From Mizuhopecten yessoensis (Eukaryota): a stretch of DNA of 64,000 nucleotides. This document shows positions 24,312-36,950 of this stretch, piece after piece. The notes under the pieces were generated by a model. That model did no database searches, was not told where the DNA came from, and saw nothing but the letters and a program-made list of their open reading frames with translations. Position 1 is the first letter of the stretch, and each line of letters opens with the position of its first letter. A program made the position numbers and the translations under genes. The stretch is taken from assembly GCF_002113885.1 (NCBI RefSeq), contig NW_018408136.1:272406-336405 (forward strand). The letters are read 5' to 3'.

Positions 24312-27300
24312 TCACGTTTCCATGGTGACCGAGTCACTCTGGGACTTGGTCAGTTTCAGGCTTGATATTGACCCATTCCTTGTGGTGTTTCTGGTGAAGA
24401 AATGTAATTTAGATGATATGTGTGATTACACAAATTGTAGACTTAAGGGTACATGTATATGCTATATATACCACACTGACATAAATCTCTGTTCTGAAAC
24501 ATGTAAAGAGTGAATTTTTGGGACTTTTGAATGTGAGTAGTATTTTTATGGACATGCTTAATTTATAAATGATACATTTTCAATGTGTACAAGATTTGTC
24601 TATTTAGGGTTTGGTGTCCTTGTAACACCTAAGGTCATACATACTAAATACGAACGTTGATGATAAGGTAAATCTCATTTTCTAGTTTAAACTAATTTGA
24701 ATATTGTGAAGGAAGAGAACTCTCAATATAAATTATATGTTCAATGAGTAAGGTAATGTAAAATGTATATCCTTAAGGGAAAACTGTAACACAGGTTACT
24801 GGTATGGGTGATAACTCTAACACCAATTACAGGTATATAATGTGCAAGGTACTGGATATCCCTAAGGGTGATAACTTAAACACAAACCACAGGTATAATG
24901 TGTAAGGTAGCATGTATCCTTAAGGGAGATAACTCTAAAACCAATTACGGGTATGTGTTACTGTAATATATATTGTGAAGGGAGTTGACTATAACACAAA
25001 CAACAGGTACGTGTTACGGTAGCGTGAATCCTTAATGGAGATAACTGTTACACAAATTACAGGTAGAATGTACAAGGAAGCATAATAGCGATATCCTTAC
25101 CATTAGAAAATGATTTGTACAAGACAATTATCTACAAAAGACTTAAGCTTACAGATAAAGAGGTTTTAATGAGTACAAATTACAGCACTCCATGTACTTA
25201 TAATTACCTGCTTACATATCTCTGACCTCTGACCTCTGAAATATCAGCCTCTGACCCACCAGAGGAACTTCGGTCACCAGAGCCAGCAGAGTTGAGACTT
25301 TGTTGACTTGCATTCTTGTCTCTGTAAACAATGAGGCCACGACATGACAATCAACCAGAAGTTAAGTTCTAGTTCACAAATCTCCAGGGTTGCTTTCGAA
25401 TTTATATCATCAATGTAGTGTTAATCTTATAGCTAGTGAACATTTTTAGCAATGGGTCAACATTGATTCAGCTTAAAGTACTGTCTATAGCTCAGTCAGT
25501 AACAAATAACTAATTGGTTGTTCACTGTTACACAGGTATGTTACACAGATATTACTACCGTTACACAGGTATTACTACTGTTACACAGGTATTACTACTG
25601 TTACACAGGTATTACTACTGTTACACAGGTATTACTACTGTTACACAGGTATTACTACTGTTACACAGGTATTACTACTGTTACACAGGTATTACTACTG
25701 TTACACAGGTATTACTACTGTTACACAGGTATTACTACTGTTACACAGGTATTACTACTGTTACACAGGTATTACTACTGTTACACAGGTATTACTACTG
25801 TTACACAGGTATTACTACTGTTACACAGGTATTACTACTGTTACACAGGTATTACTACTGTTACACAGGTATTACTACTGTTACACAGGTATTACTACTG
25901 TTACACAGGTATTACTACTGTTACACAGGTATTACTACTGTTACACAGGTATTACTACTGTTACACAGGTATTACTACTGTTACACAGGTATTACTACTG
26001 TTACACAGGTATTACTACTGTTACACAGGTATTACTACTGTTACACAGGTATTACTACTGTTACACAGGTATTACTACTGTTACACAGGTATTACTACTG
26101 TTACACAGGTATTACTACTGTTACACAGGTATTACTACTGTTACACAGGTATTACTACTGTTACACAGGTATTACTACTGTTACACAGGTATTACTACTG
26201 TTACACAGGTATTACTACTGTTACACAGGTATTACTACTGTTACACAGGTATTACTACTGTTACACAGGTATTACTACTGTTACACAGGTATTACTACTG
26301 TTACACAGGTATTACTACTGTTACACAGGTATTACTACTGTTACACAGGTATTACTACTGTTACACAGGTATTACTACTGTTACACAGGTATTACTACTG
26401 TTACACAGGTATTACTACTGTTACACAGGTATTACTACTGTTACACAGGTATTACTACTGTTACACAGGTATTACTACTGTTACACAGGTATTACTACTG
26501 TTACACAGGTATTACTACTGTTACACAGGTATTACTACTGTTACACAGGTATTACTACTGTTACACAGGTATTACTACTGTTACACAGGTATTACTACTG
26601 TTACACAGGTATTACTACTGTTACACAGGTATTACTACTGTTACACAGGTATTACTACTGTTACACAGGTATTACTACTGTTACACAGGTATTACTACTG
26701 TTACACAGGTATTACTACTGTTACACAGGTATTACTACTGTTACACAGGTATTACTACTGTTACACAGGTATTACTACTGTTACACAGGTATTACTACTG
26801 TTACACAGGTATTACTACTGTTACACAGGTATTACTACTGTTACACAGGTATTACTACTGTTACACAGGTATTACTACTGTTACACAGGTATTACTACTG
26901 TTACACAGGTATTACTACTGTTACACAGGTATTACTACTGTTACACAGGTATTACTACTGTTACACAGGTATTACTACTGTTACACAGGTATTACTACTG
27001 TTACACAGGTATTACTACTGTTACACAGGTATTACTACTGTTACACAGGTATTACTACTGTTACACAGGTATTACTACTGTTACACAGGTATTACTACTG
27101 TTACACAGGTATTACTACTGTTACACAGGTATTACTACTGTTACACAGGTATTACTACTGTTACACAGGTATTACTACTGTTACACAGGTATTACTACTG
27201 TTACACAGGTATTACTACTGTTACACAGGTATTACTACTGTTACACAGGTATTACTACTGTTACACAGGTACAACTTATACACAGGTATTACAACTGTTA

Positions 27301-30300
27301 CACAGGTATTACTACTGTACTGTTACACAGGTATTACTACTGTTACACAGGTATTACTACTGTAACACAGGTATTACTACTGTTACACAGGTATTACTAC
27401 TGTTACACAGGTACAACTAATACACAGGTATTACAACTGTTACACAGGTATTACTACTGTACTGTTACACAGGTATTACTACTGTACTGTTACACAGGTA
27501 TTACTACTGTTACACAGGTATTACTACTGTTACACAGGTATTACTACCTGAACATGTTCAATGATGACTTCAACTGTCTACACAAACATCAAAATAATTA
27601 ACAGTGATTGATACCTGAGCGCCTTGGTCAACATCTCCACCTGCTTTTTGTAGAGCTTGAGTTCATCAGTGAGGAGGGAGATTTCAGAATCTCGATCAGC
27701 CATTTCTTTCTTTAGACTGTACACAGTGTCCTCCAGCTCCTCAGAATGAGCCTGAAAGGTCAAGGTCAACAGTCATTAAAGGCCAAGGTCATCAGTAACT
27801 CAGTAAGAAGATTACAGCTAGCTATTTAAGGAGGCATGGTAGTCAAGTGGTAGAACGCTAGACTCGTGACCAAAGGGTTTGCGGGTTTGAGGCACGGCAC
27901 GGCACGGCATGGCACTGTGTTGTATCCTTGAGCAAGATACTTTAGTCCACTTGTTCCAGTCTACTCAGCTGTAAATGAGTATGTGGTTGGGCGGTGCTAG
28001 AATTGTAGAATGCTAGCTGTAAGCGCCGAAATGGCAGCACCGGCTGTATGCTTCCCAGGGAGTTGAAAACGATATTGGCTGGTTGCAAAGGCCCCATTAC
28101 CACAGATAATAATTTGTGAACCGCTTTGAGACGACCTACGAACTAGGTTGTGATAAAGCGGTATATAAGAACCTCAAATTATTATATTATTATTATTATA
28201 TTCCAGTAACAAGAAAATATGGGGATAAAGATGTCAATAGGTTACCCCTTAAAGGTGAAGGTCGACAGTCTATTGGCAAGGGAGATAACTATGATTACTA
28301 TATTATTTTTTTATTCTCTCATTTGTTCTGCTAATCTATAAGAGCTCAAGGTACATATAAATAAATGTAGCATGAATAATGTGCCTTGAAGAGACCAACC
28401 TGGAATGTTTCGCTACGCATATCTCTCTTGTATACACCCACATACCCTACTCTCCTCCAAACTACGTATATCTCTATTGTATACAAACACGTACCCTACT
28501 CTCCTCCAAACTACGTATATCTCTATTGTATACAAACACGTACCCTACTCTCCTCCAAACTACGTATATCTCTATTGTATACAAACACGTACCCTGCTCT
28601 CCTCCAAGCTGTCGTGAGGTCCAGGAGGCTCATCTAGGCAAAAAAACTCTCGCACTGGCTGACTGGAATTATCAAAAAAAAAAAAAAGACATAATCAGAA
28701 AAGAAAATATATAAAACATTAAAACCTGTAAACAGCAATACCTGCATCTACTTGGACAAAGACTGGAGCAGTACCTGTTCTCTTACCTCTTTTTAATGTC
28801 GTGATGACCAGTTATGTTGTCGGCGAACGCTTGTAATCCCAGCATTCTATCTTCCAGAAAGTTCCTGTCAAAGTTATCTTTGAACCACCGCTTGGGTGGA
28901 AGAGCTAATCGTAACCCAGGGAATAATTTCTTCAGCTGTAAAACAAAAATATACAAAAAGATTAATACATTTAATGAAAGGAATGTCATTTGAACTAAAC
29001 ATACAGGAAAAAGTGAATATCAATGTTAAAAGATCTAACTTTATCTATAAACAACAGTACCTCTCTAGAATGGGAAATACATATTACCAGTAATTGTTAT
29101 TTACTCAGCTGTTCAAGACTTCAGTGTTTTAAAAGAAAAGATGATGCTGGACAATAGCTGACCGCACCATCCTCTAAACTCACTTACCCTTTGTAAAGGT
29201 GAGTTAACAAGTTATATTTTATATATCAGTAATAATACATAGATGATGCTTCTGATACACATTTACTACTATCACTGAAATACACATATCCATACCTTCT
29301 GGTTGAGTTGTACAAAGTCGGAGAATCGTCGGAACACGAACCAACTGTTAGTGGTGGATACCTGCACCTGTATCTTGAACACCTGTCAGGTACAACAGGG
29401 ATTCACTTATAACATACATACAGATTCACAAACAGTAAAGCTATATACATACACCTCCAATTATATGTTATACATTACATAGTTAAATATATTACAGTTA
29501 TACATTACATAGTTAAGTATATTACAGTTATATATTACATAGTTAAGTATATTACAGTTATACATTACATAGTTAAATATATTACAGTTATACATTACAT
29601 AGTTAAATATATTACAGTTATACATTACATAGTTAAGTATATTACAGTTATACATTACATAGTTAAGTATATTACAGTTATACATTACATAGTTAAATAT
29701 ATTACAGTTATACATTACATAGTTAAATATATTACAGTTATACATTACATAGTTAAGTATATTACAGTTATACATTACATAGTTAAGTATATTACAGTTA
29801 TACATTACATAGTTAAATATATTACAGTTATACATTACATAGTTAAATATATTACAGTTATACATTACATAGTTAAGTATATTACAGTTATACATTACAT
29901 AGTTAAGTATATTACAGTTATACATTACATAGTTAAATATATTACAGTTATACATTACATAGTTAAGTATATTACAGTTATACATTACATAGTTAAGTAT
30001 ATTACAGTTATACATTACATAGTTAAATATATTACAGTTATACATTACATAGTTAAATATATTACAGTTATACATTACATAGTTAAGTATATTACAGTTA
30101 TACATTACATAGTTAAATATATTACAGTTATACAATACATAGTTAAATATATTACAGTTATACATTACATAGTTAAATATATTACAGTTATACAATACAT
30201 AGTTAAATATATTACAGTTATATATTACATAGTTAAGTATATTACAGTTATACAATACATAGTTAAATATATTACAGTTATATATTACATAGTTAAATAT

Positions 30301-30835
30301 ATTACAGTTATAGTTGAATATTTAAAAATAAGATGAATGAGAAACTCACTGTAAACTTTGACCTCTCCTCCATGACCTCAAAGCCTACAATGGGGACCTT
30401 GATTTCCTCATTCATCCCCGTCACTTTGTGAGAAGAGGCTGGCTCCTCATTTCGACTGTGTGATCGTGAGAATGCCCTCTTCAGGTGAGCAGCCATCCGG
30501 GTGTGGTCGAGGGAGACTCCGGTCAGGGGGGTGCTGGTGATCTGGGAGTGACCAGTATCCTGTGGCTGTAATGACACAGACACGCCCTCCATGTTAGACT
30601 CCCCAAGAGAGGGCACACCATTATCAGTACTGCTACTGGTCAGGGAGGCTCTCGATTCTGACAAATTGTCTGCATTCCTCCTCTCACACGGCCTGTACTC
30701 ATCCTCTCCCAACGGGCCACAAGGTGGCACCACTATAGCTTCATCACATGACCCATCTTTATCTTTGGAGGGTGCTTCTCTTTTCTCTTCAAACCTATCA
30801 TCAGGGTAAATTATCTTTGTAGCCTGATCACCCAT
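24312..30835 (-). CDS. SNX16: Sorting nexin 16 (PX domain plus coiled coil), about 373 aa; complement(join(24312..24390,25208..25321,27615..27751,28593..28662,28787..28935,29296..29382,30350..30835))
   Basis: [22 protein letters not shown]...[53 protein letters not shown]...[26 protein letters not shown] is the SNX16 signature. GT-AG junctions are phase-consistent; total 1122 nt. The start codon and last two exons are less certain; an acceptor upstream of 30894 implies further 5' exons. Confidence 0.92.
24760..25100. repeat. Old degenerate tandem repeat of about 57 bp (TATCCTTAAGGGAGATAACT...ACAGGTA)
   Basis: About 6 recognisable diverged copies. Confidence 0.6.
25525..27548. repeat. 20-bp minisatellite (TTACACAGGTATTACTACTG), about 100 copies, mostly perfect, in an SNX16 intron
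   Basis: Direct repetition; source of ORFs 25514..27601 and 25518..27365. Confidence 0.98.
27830..28200 (+). mobile_element. tRNA-derived SINE with CORE-like central domain, LINE-like 3' tail and (TAT)n end
   Basis: tRNA-like head with A box (TAGTCAAGTGG) and degenerate B box (GGGTTTGAGGC). Central TGTATCCTTGAGCAAGATACTT...CAGCTGTAAATGAG resembles CORE. Tail TGTGAACCGCTTTGAG...AAAGCGGTATATAAG followed by TAT repeats. Confidence 0.8.
28413..28607 (-). repeat. 49-bp repeat, 4 copies, each containing an SNX16 donor (TTGGAGGAGAG[C/T]AGG|GTACGT)
   Basis: GT on the - strand at 28592, 28543, 28494, 28445. Confidence 0.92.
29463..30311. repeat. 30-bp AT-rich minisatellite (ATTACAGTTATACATTACATAGTTAA[A/G]TAT), about 28 copies, filling most of an SNX16 intron
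   Basis: Direct repetition. Confidence 0.97.
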
Positions 30836-30979
30836 CACCCCTCTACTCCCAACATTGTAACACAAGACCAGACACTTCTCTAGGTTACATTTATCTGAAA
30901 AACAAGGAAAATACATTGTGTAAAGATACATTGTATAACATTGTATAAAGATACATTATTTTGTTGCATCACATAGTAA

Positions 30980-32280
30980 TGCATTGTATAGTATCACAGC
31001 ACAATGTATATAAACTTACATTGTACATATATTGTTGTATTATATAGTATCACAACACAATGTATATAAACTTACACTGTACATATATTGTTGTATTGTA
31101 TAGTATCACAGCACAATGTGTATAAACTTACATTGTACATATATTGTTGCATTGTATAGTATCACAGCACAATGTACATAAACTTACATTGTACATAAAT
31201 TGTTGTATTGGATAGTATCACAGCACAATGTATATAAACTTACATTGTACATATATTGTTGCATTGTATAGTATCACAGCACAATGTACATAAACTTACA
31301 TTATACATATATTGTTGTATTGTATAGTATCACAACCCAATGTACATAAAATTACATTGTACATATATTGTTGTATTGTATAGTATCACAGCACAATGTG
31401 TATAAACTTACATTGTACATATATTGTTGCATTGTATAGTATCACAGCACAATGTACATAAACTTAAATTATACATATATTGTTGTATTGTATAGTATCA
31501 CAACCCAATGTACATAAAATTACATTGTACATATATTGTTGTATTGTATAGTATCACAACCCAATGTACATAAAATTACATTGTACATATATTGTTGTAT
31601 TGTATAGTATCACAACCCAATGTACATAAAATTACATTGTACATATATTGTTGTATTGTATAGTATCACAGCACAATGTATATAAACTTAAATTGTACAT
31701 ATATTGTTGTATTGTATAGTATCACAACACAATGTACATAAAATTACATTGTACATATATTGTTGTATTGTATAGTATCACAACACAATATACATAAACT
31801 TACATTGTACATATATTGTTGTATTGTATAGTATCACAACCCAATGTACATAAAATTACATTGTACATATATTGTTGTATTGTATAGTATCACAGCACAA
31901 TGTACATAAACTTACATTATACATATATTGTTGTATTGTATAGTATCACAACACAATATACATAAACTTACATTGTACATATATTGTTGTATTATATAGT
32001 ATCACAGCACAATGTATATAAACTTACATTGTACATATATTGTTGCATTGTATAGTATCACAGCACAATGTACATAAACTTACATTATACATATATTGTT
32101 GTATTGTATAGTATCACAACACAATATACATAAACTTACATTGTACATATATTGTTGTATTGTATAGTATCACAACCCAATGTACATAAAATTACATTGT
32201 ACATATATTGTTGTATTGTATAGTATCACAGCACAATGTATATAAACTTACACTGTACATAAATTGTTGTATTGTATAGT
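30980..32280. repeat. 56-bp AT-rich minisatellite, about 23 copies, with an internal inverted repeat ACAATGTA-n8-TACATTGT
   Basis: Direct repetition. Confidence 0.95.
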
Positions 32281-35200
32281 GTAACAAAGTACGGTGGTGA
32301 TCAATTCACTAATCAGTCATTATGTCATACTTGCCTAGTCTCCAAATTATTCAGCTTATTTAAATTTTCACTTTTGAAATCAGAATTCCCTTCATCTTGT
32401 ATTTCATGCAAAAACTCAATTAATCTGAAACTTTACATTTGCTGTCAAATAGGAGCAACTGAAAGTGTATATCGGATGTATTTTAAAATCTTTGATTAAA
32501 GCAAATGACTGAACATCGAATAATGCTGTAGAATCAAGATTTTGTTAAAGATAGATGTGATTTTTGCAGTAAATACTTCTTTTTTTCCATTAAGTTCCCT
32601 TGTAAAAAGGCACCAGCAAAACTTGTAAATTGTAACAAAACCATTTTAGAGTCTAAATACATACAACAACGAATGCAGGCAGGACCTATAATATAAAAGT
32701 ACAGTGAAACACTGAAGACGGTTAGACCGCCGGGTATTAAACTGATAGTATATTGTATACAGCCAGTACATGTATTTAAGGAAGGATTTTAAACGAACCA
32801 CACAAACTTTCATGAGAACCTTAAATAGGTCAACAGATAGACAGATTAGGATGTTCACACAACACTAAGTACTAAAGGATCACTTCTCCCTCACTCACAG
32901 CTTTGTCCTTTAGTTGTTGAACCACTAGCCCCTTCACTGTTACTTAATTATAAGATGGCCATGGTGTTTCTGTGTGTTGTATCCTTACCTTTCTCTGTGT
33001 TATAGTCTATGTGTGGTGAATCACTACCTTTGTGTCCTGTATGCAATAATTATAATCTACTCGGAGTTGATCCCTACCTTCAGAATACATAAACTTTGTA
33101 TCAGTAAACCCTAATATTGTCTACTGAAAGGCTGGAAGGCCGTAATAGCAGACGTAAAACCTTCAAAATCAAACCCTAATAAAAGCATGCTCACAGGAAA
33201 TAGTGAAACACACAAAACAATAAATTTCTTCTTCAGTTTCTGGTTTCTGTCATGTTGTATATTGAGGAATTGAAAATAATTCTAATCACTTTGAACATTG
33301 GTTTTATTTTTGGAAAAACAAAGGAAAAGAACAATTTGTTACTGGAACTAGAAAAGTGCAATGTTTTCAATCTCCCCTCATCCTATGAAATTACTAACTT
33401 TTTATTACCACACATCATGATCCTTTGTCAGGGAAAGTTTTGCAAAAAACAACATACAGAAGAGAAAATGTATGATAGTCTATCAAATGCTCATGTGATA
33501 ATGAACATAAAAAGATATTTAACACAGTGTACTTCTCACATAGCCAGTCAGACTGAAAATAACAAGTTAATCCATCATCGTTACAGGGTATCAGGTACAT
33601 TCAGAGAATCATTTGATAATTTACAGTGATTAATGTCATCATTTAGATTTATAACTCACTCGTATAGGGGGGGGGGAAAGTTTGCATTACAAAAACAGGA
33701 GAATAAGTGATTTATAACAATAAATCAGAGATATAGGACTTACTTCACACACAAACTGCACTGGTAAACAAACATCTGAACAGAAACATCAGGTTTATCA
33801 GGAAATATTTACAGGTGTAATGTTAATATACAAAGAAGAAACACTCTGAAAGGCTTGTACTGTAGTTTATAGAATATTTAGAGTAAGCTTAAAGTAATAT
33901 AAAGCCAGCAAGTTGTGTTCTCTCTGGTACAATGGTATTAGTTATATATTATAAGTACAATCATGTGTATAATCATGATATATTGTCTCATTTAATAGTC
34001 ATTTCACTAAAAACGAGTATATAAAATTTAAGAGTATATCATTTACTCTCTAGAAGTATAATAATATTACAGAGGTCCAGTAATTCACTTCTTACCACTT
34101 GTTATTATCGTATTTACAGTTTTTTATCACATTTTGTGGAAATTATTTATATCTAGCTTACTAAATTGAGTCTGGGACAATTCAGTGTTGTGTGTGAGTG
34201 ATTAATGTTAGAGCGACATGTGTTAGAGCGACATGTGCAGAGGTTAGTGCAGAGAGTTTACACATTGCTGGATATTTATGGAGTCATCACCTACACATCG
34301 CCCGTAATATACTACATATCTACCTGTATCTCGTACTGCTCTAATCTACCAAGCTGCACCGTAATACAGAGGCACACTTACTATTACCCCCAGTAAGCTA
34401 ATCCAGAGAGTTCAACAGTAGTCTACCTTCCCCTTCCTTACCAATAAAATAAGTATGATATATACATTGTATATTTTATAGCACATGTAGTGGATTCCAC
34501 TTAATATTACATTGCTTACTGACACAAAGTATTAAGAGAAAATACATTGAAACCATATATATATATACATATAAATTATACAAATTCAATGTCAGTTATA
34601 TCACAGAATTAGATTAGATCTAAGTCTGTGGTTATATGTAGCAATTTGTGTTATTGAACATGGTTAAATATAATACATTTGTATATATAGTATTTGTTTT
34701 AACATTTACAAACTAATTGAACTAAAAATGAAGATACAATATGTTATATTCAGCTTATATCATTCTGTTTTACAATGTCGTATACAATATTAAGCACAGC
34801 AATGCAGAAAAGTTAACGTAAAACAGAGTGGTATATAAAAACACAATGATATGAAAGTTTTATTTAAATTCGGTATAGTTACAAACTACAAAACATAAGC
34901 TCTAATGAGCTTTTAACCGAAAAACCAGTATCTCCTTCTCAATTATCACTAACAACTGTGTTGTTTATTGCAGTAAACAGTGATGCCTTGCTAAGGAAAG
35001 CAATAAGCTATGATCTTAATTCTCATATTGTGTGACCGACATCACAATCATTATGTGACTAGCCACACACAGTCAGAGGAGTTGATGGTAGAGTCGGCTG
35101 GATGTGCTGTAGGATGAATAGTCGAGGTGTTAAGGAGAATTAGAGGATATATTCTTACCTTGAGGTGAACGTACATCAACTAACATAACTTATCAAATCT

Positions 35201-35860
35201 TTTACAAAGTATTAAGTTTCTTATAAATTACAGTCAGTTATCAATACAAATAAAAGATCCCAAACTCAAATTAATTACAAGATCCTAAAAAGAACTAAAT
35301 TGTCATTACATAACTATAAAGATAAGAAAGATTCACTGTATGCTTGAAAGTATTTTGTTTCTCTTTAAAAAAAAATAAAGTCATATTTATATTCTAGAAT
35401 ACTTTTATAACCACACTGGAGTACTATTTAGACCTACAACTATGATACACAAATCAAATTACTTAAAATATGTAAGACGGTTTTACACCTTGCATAAGCA
35501 TTGATCAATCACTTATGGTTATTACTGCGATTTTAATAATAATAGAACATGCAAATAAAGAAAAGACTTAATCAAAAGAAAGATGTTAATCTATAAACAC
35601 TGATAAAGACATGAAAGAAAGGAGTCTAACATCATATTCAACCTTACATGCAAATGAACTGTTGAACGGCAGCGGCTGTAAACCTTGAAAGAAAGACAAA
35701 ATATTCCATCAAATAAACAATTAACTTTAATTTGATCACCATATATTTTTCATCGTTTTAAAATCAAAATCAAAGAACTTGAACTTGTCACCGGAGCTGG
35801 CTGTACAGACGACGTGGAATGGTCGATCCGACCCAGTGGCTGGTAGGGACGGATACTCAC

Positions 35861-36040
35861 CAAATCTTTGACGGACTTATTCTCCGCTTATTTGTTACAC
35901 ATACGTAATTATCACTCTGACTTATTTTGCTATTGCAAACAAAAATCTGTGATGGATGCCAGACTTACTGGCCGTGTGATACATACCTATTTGTCCGATT
36001 CATAACAAACAGCACATGACTTGCGGAAGTGAAAAATATA
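35861..36040 (-). promoter_or_regulatory. Possible non-coding first exon and promoter of SNX16
   Basis: Consensus donor TG|GTGAGTA on the - strand near 35860, CpG-richer neighbourhood, CGGAAGTG ETS-like motif near 36024; no transcript evidence. Confidence 0.35.
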
Positions 36041-36160
36041 CAGTGCAAGGGAGACAACTTTAAACAACTTCCTGCTACAAGGTTAGTAGGGGTCGTATCA
36101 AAACCGATTTCACCGACCGCAATTTTCTTTTTATAAATTCACATTTTTTAATTACAACTT

Positions 36161-36408
36161 CATACTTGCCAACTTTTTGAAATTTCCATTGAGGTGATTA
36201 CGCGTGCTCAGAATTAAAAGAATAAACAATATGTGTGTATGTACGCCCAAGGCAAAAATAACACTTATAGGCACCTTTTGAGCTATTCTTTCAGATGAAA
36301 TCAATAGGAATAGGCAGGGATGTGTCACTACACATCCCTGGAATAGGTGAGCATTTAGGGTCCAAAATCGGGAGTCTCTCTCCTAAAAAGGGACGGTTGG
36401 CAAGTACG
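36161..36408. mobile_element. MITE with 13-bp TIRs (CATACTTGCCAAC / GTTGGCAAGTACG) and an imperfect 6-bp TSD; carries a nested 26-bp insertion
   Basis: TIRs at 36161-73 and 36396-408; flanks CAACTT / AAACTT. Confidence 0.7.
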
Positions 36409-36950
36409 AAACTTGTTATTTAGTAAAATAAATATTCTCAATGATTCTATTAAGTCAAAAAATATTAATGAATCTGTTTTCCATTCATTAGAATACGTTT
36501 ACATAGTTAAAAGAACAGTTAACCTGATTGATTTGCAACATAGTACAGCAACATTTCTTTCTGAATGATTTACCATTTCATATCCGCGAAAACGTCTTCA
36601 AAAAACAAAAAGATGATAGGAGATGAAAATACGGCCCATAAAAACGTCATCATCATTCAGTATACATGTCTGTCCACAAACAGATCTTCAATACAATTTT
36701 AGGTTTTTATATAGACCAAGTATTGAGGAAACAAACGTGCGATTTATTAAACTGCAGTGGTTAGTCCGAATTATTCTGACGTTTTATCGACTTTTTTCAT
36801 ATCGGTCTGTCGTCGATTAACGTCAGAACTCCGGCCCTCTATAATATGCGGGAAATATGCGACCCGCGCCCGGAGCGCACTTCAAACTGATATTTTAGAA
36901 ACAAATCGTCACTTTCACACACATGTCGCACATGGATCGAAAGATCAGTG

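Noticed and set aside
25514-27601. 695-aa and 615-aa ORFs
   Set aside because: Product of a 20-bp repeat, antisense in an SNX16 intron.
27830-27900. tRNA gene
   Set aside because: Cloverleaf is incomplete and runs into a SINE body and tail.
29461-30255. 264-aa ([10 protein letters not shown])n ORF on the SNX16 strand
   Set aside because: Product of a 30-bp repeat; the flanking exons join directly to give an intact PX domain.
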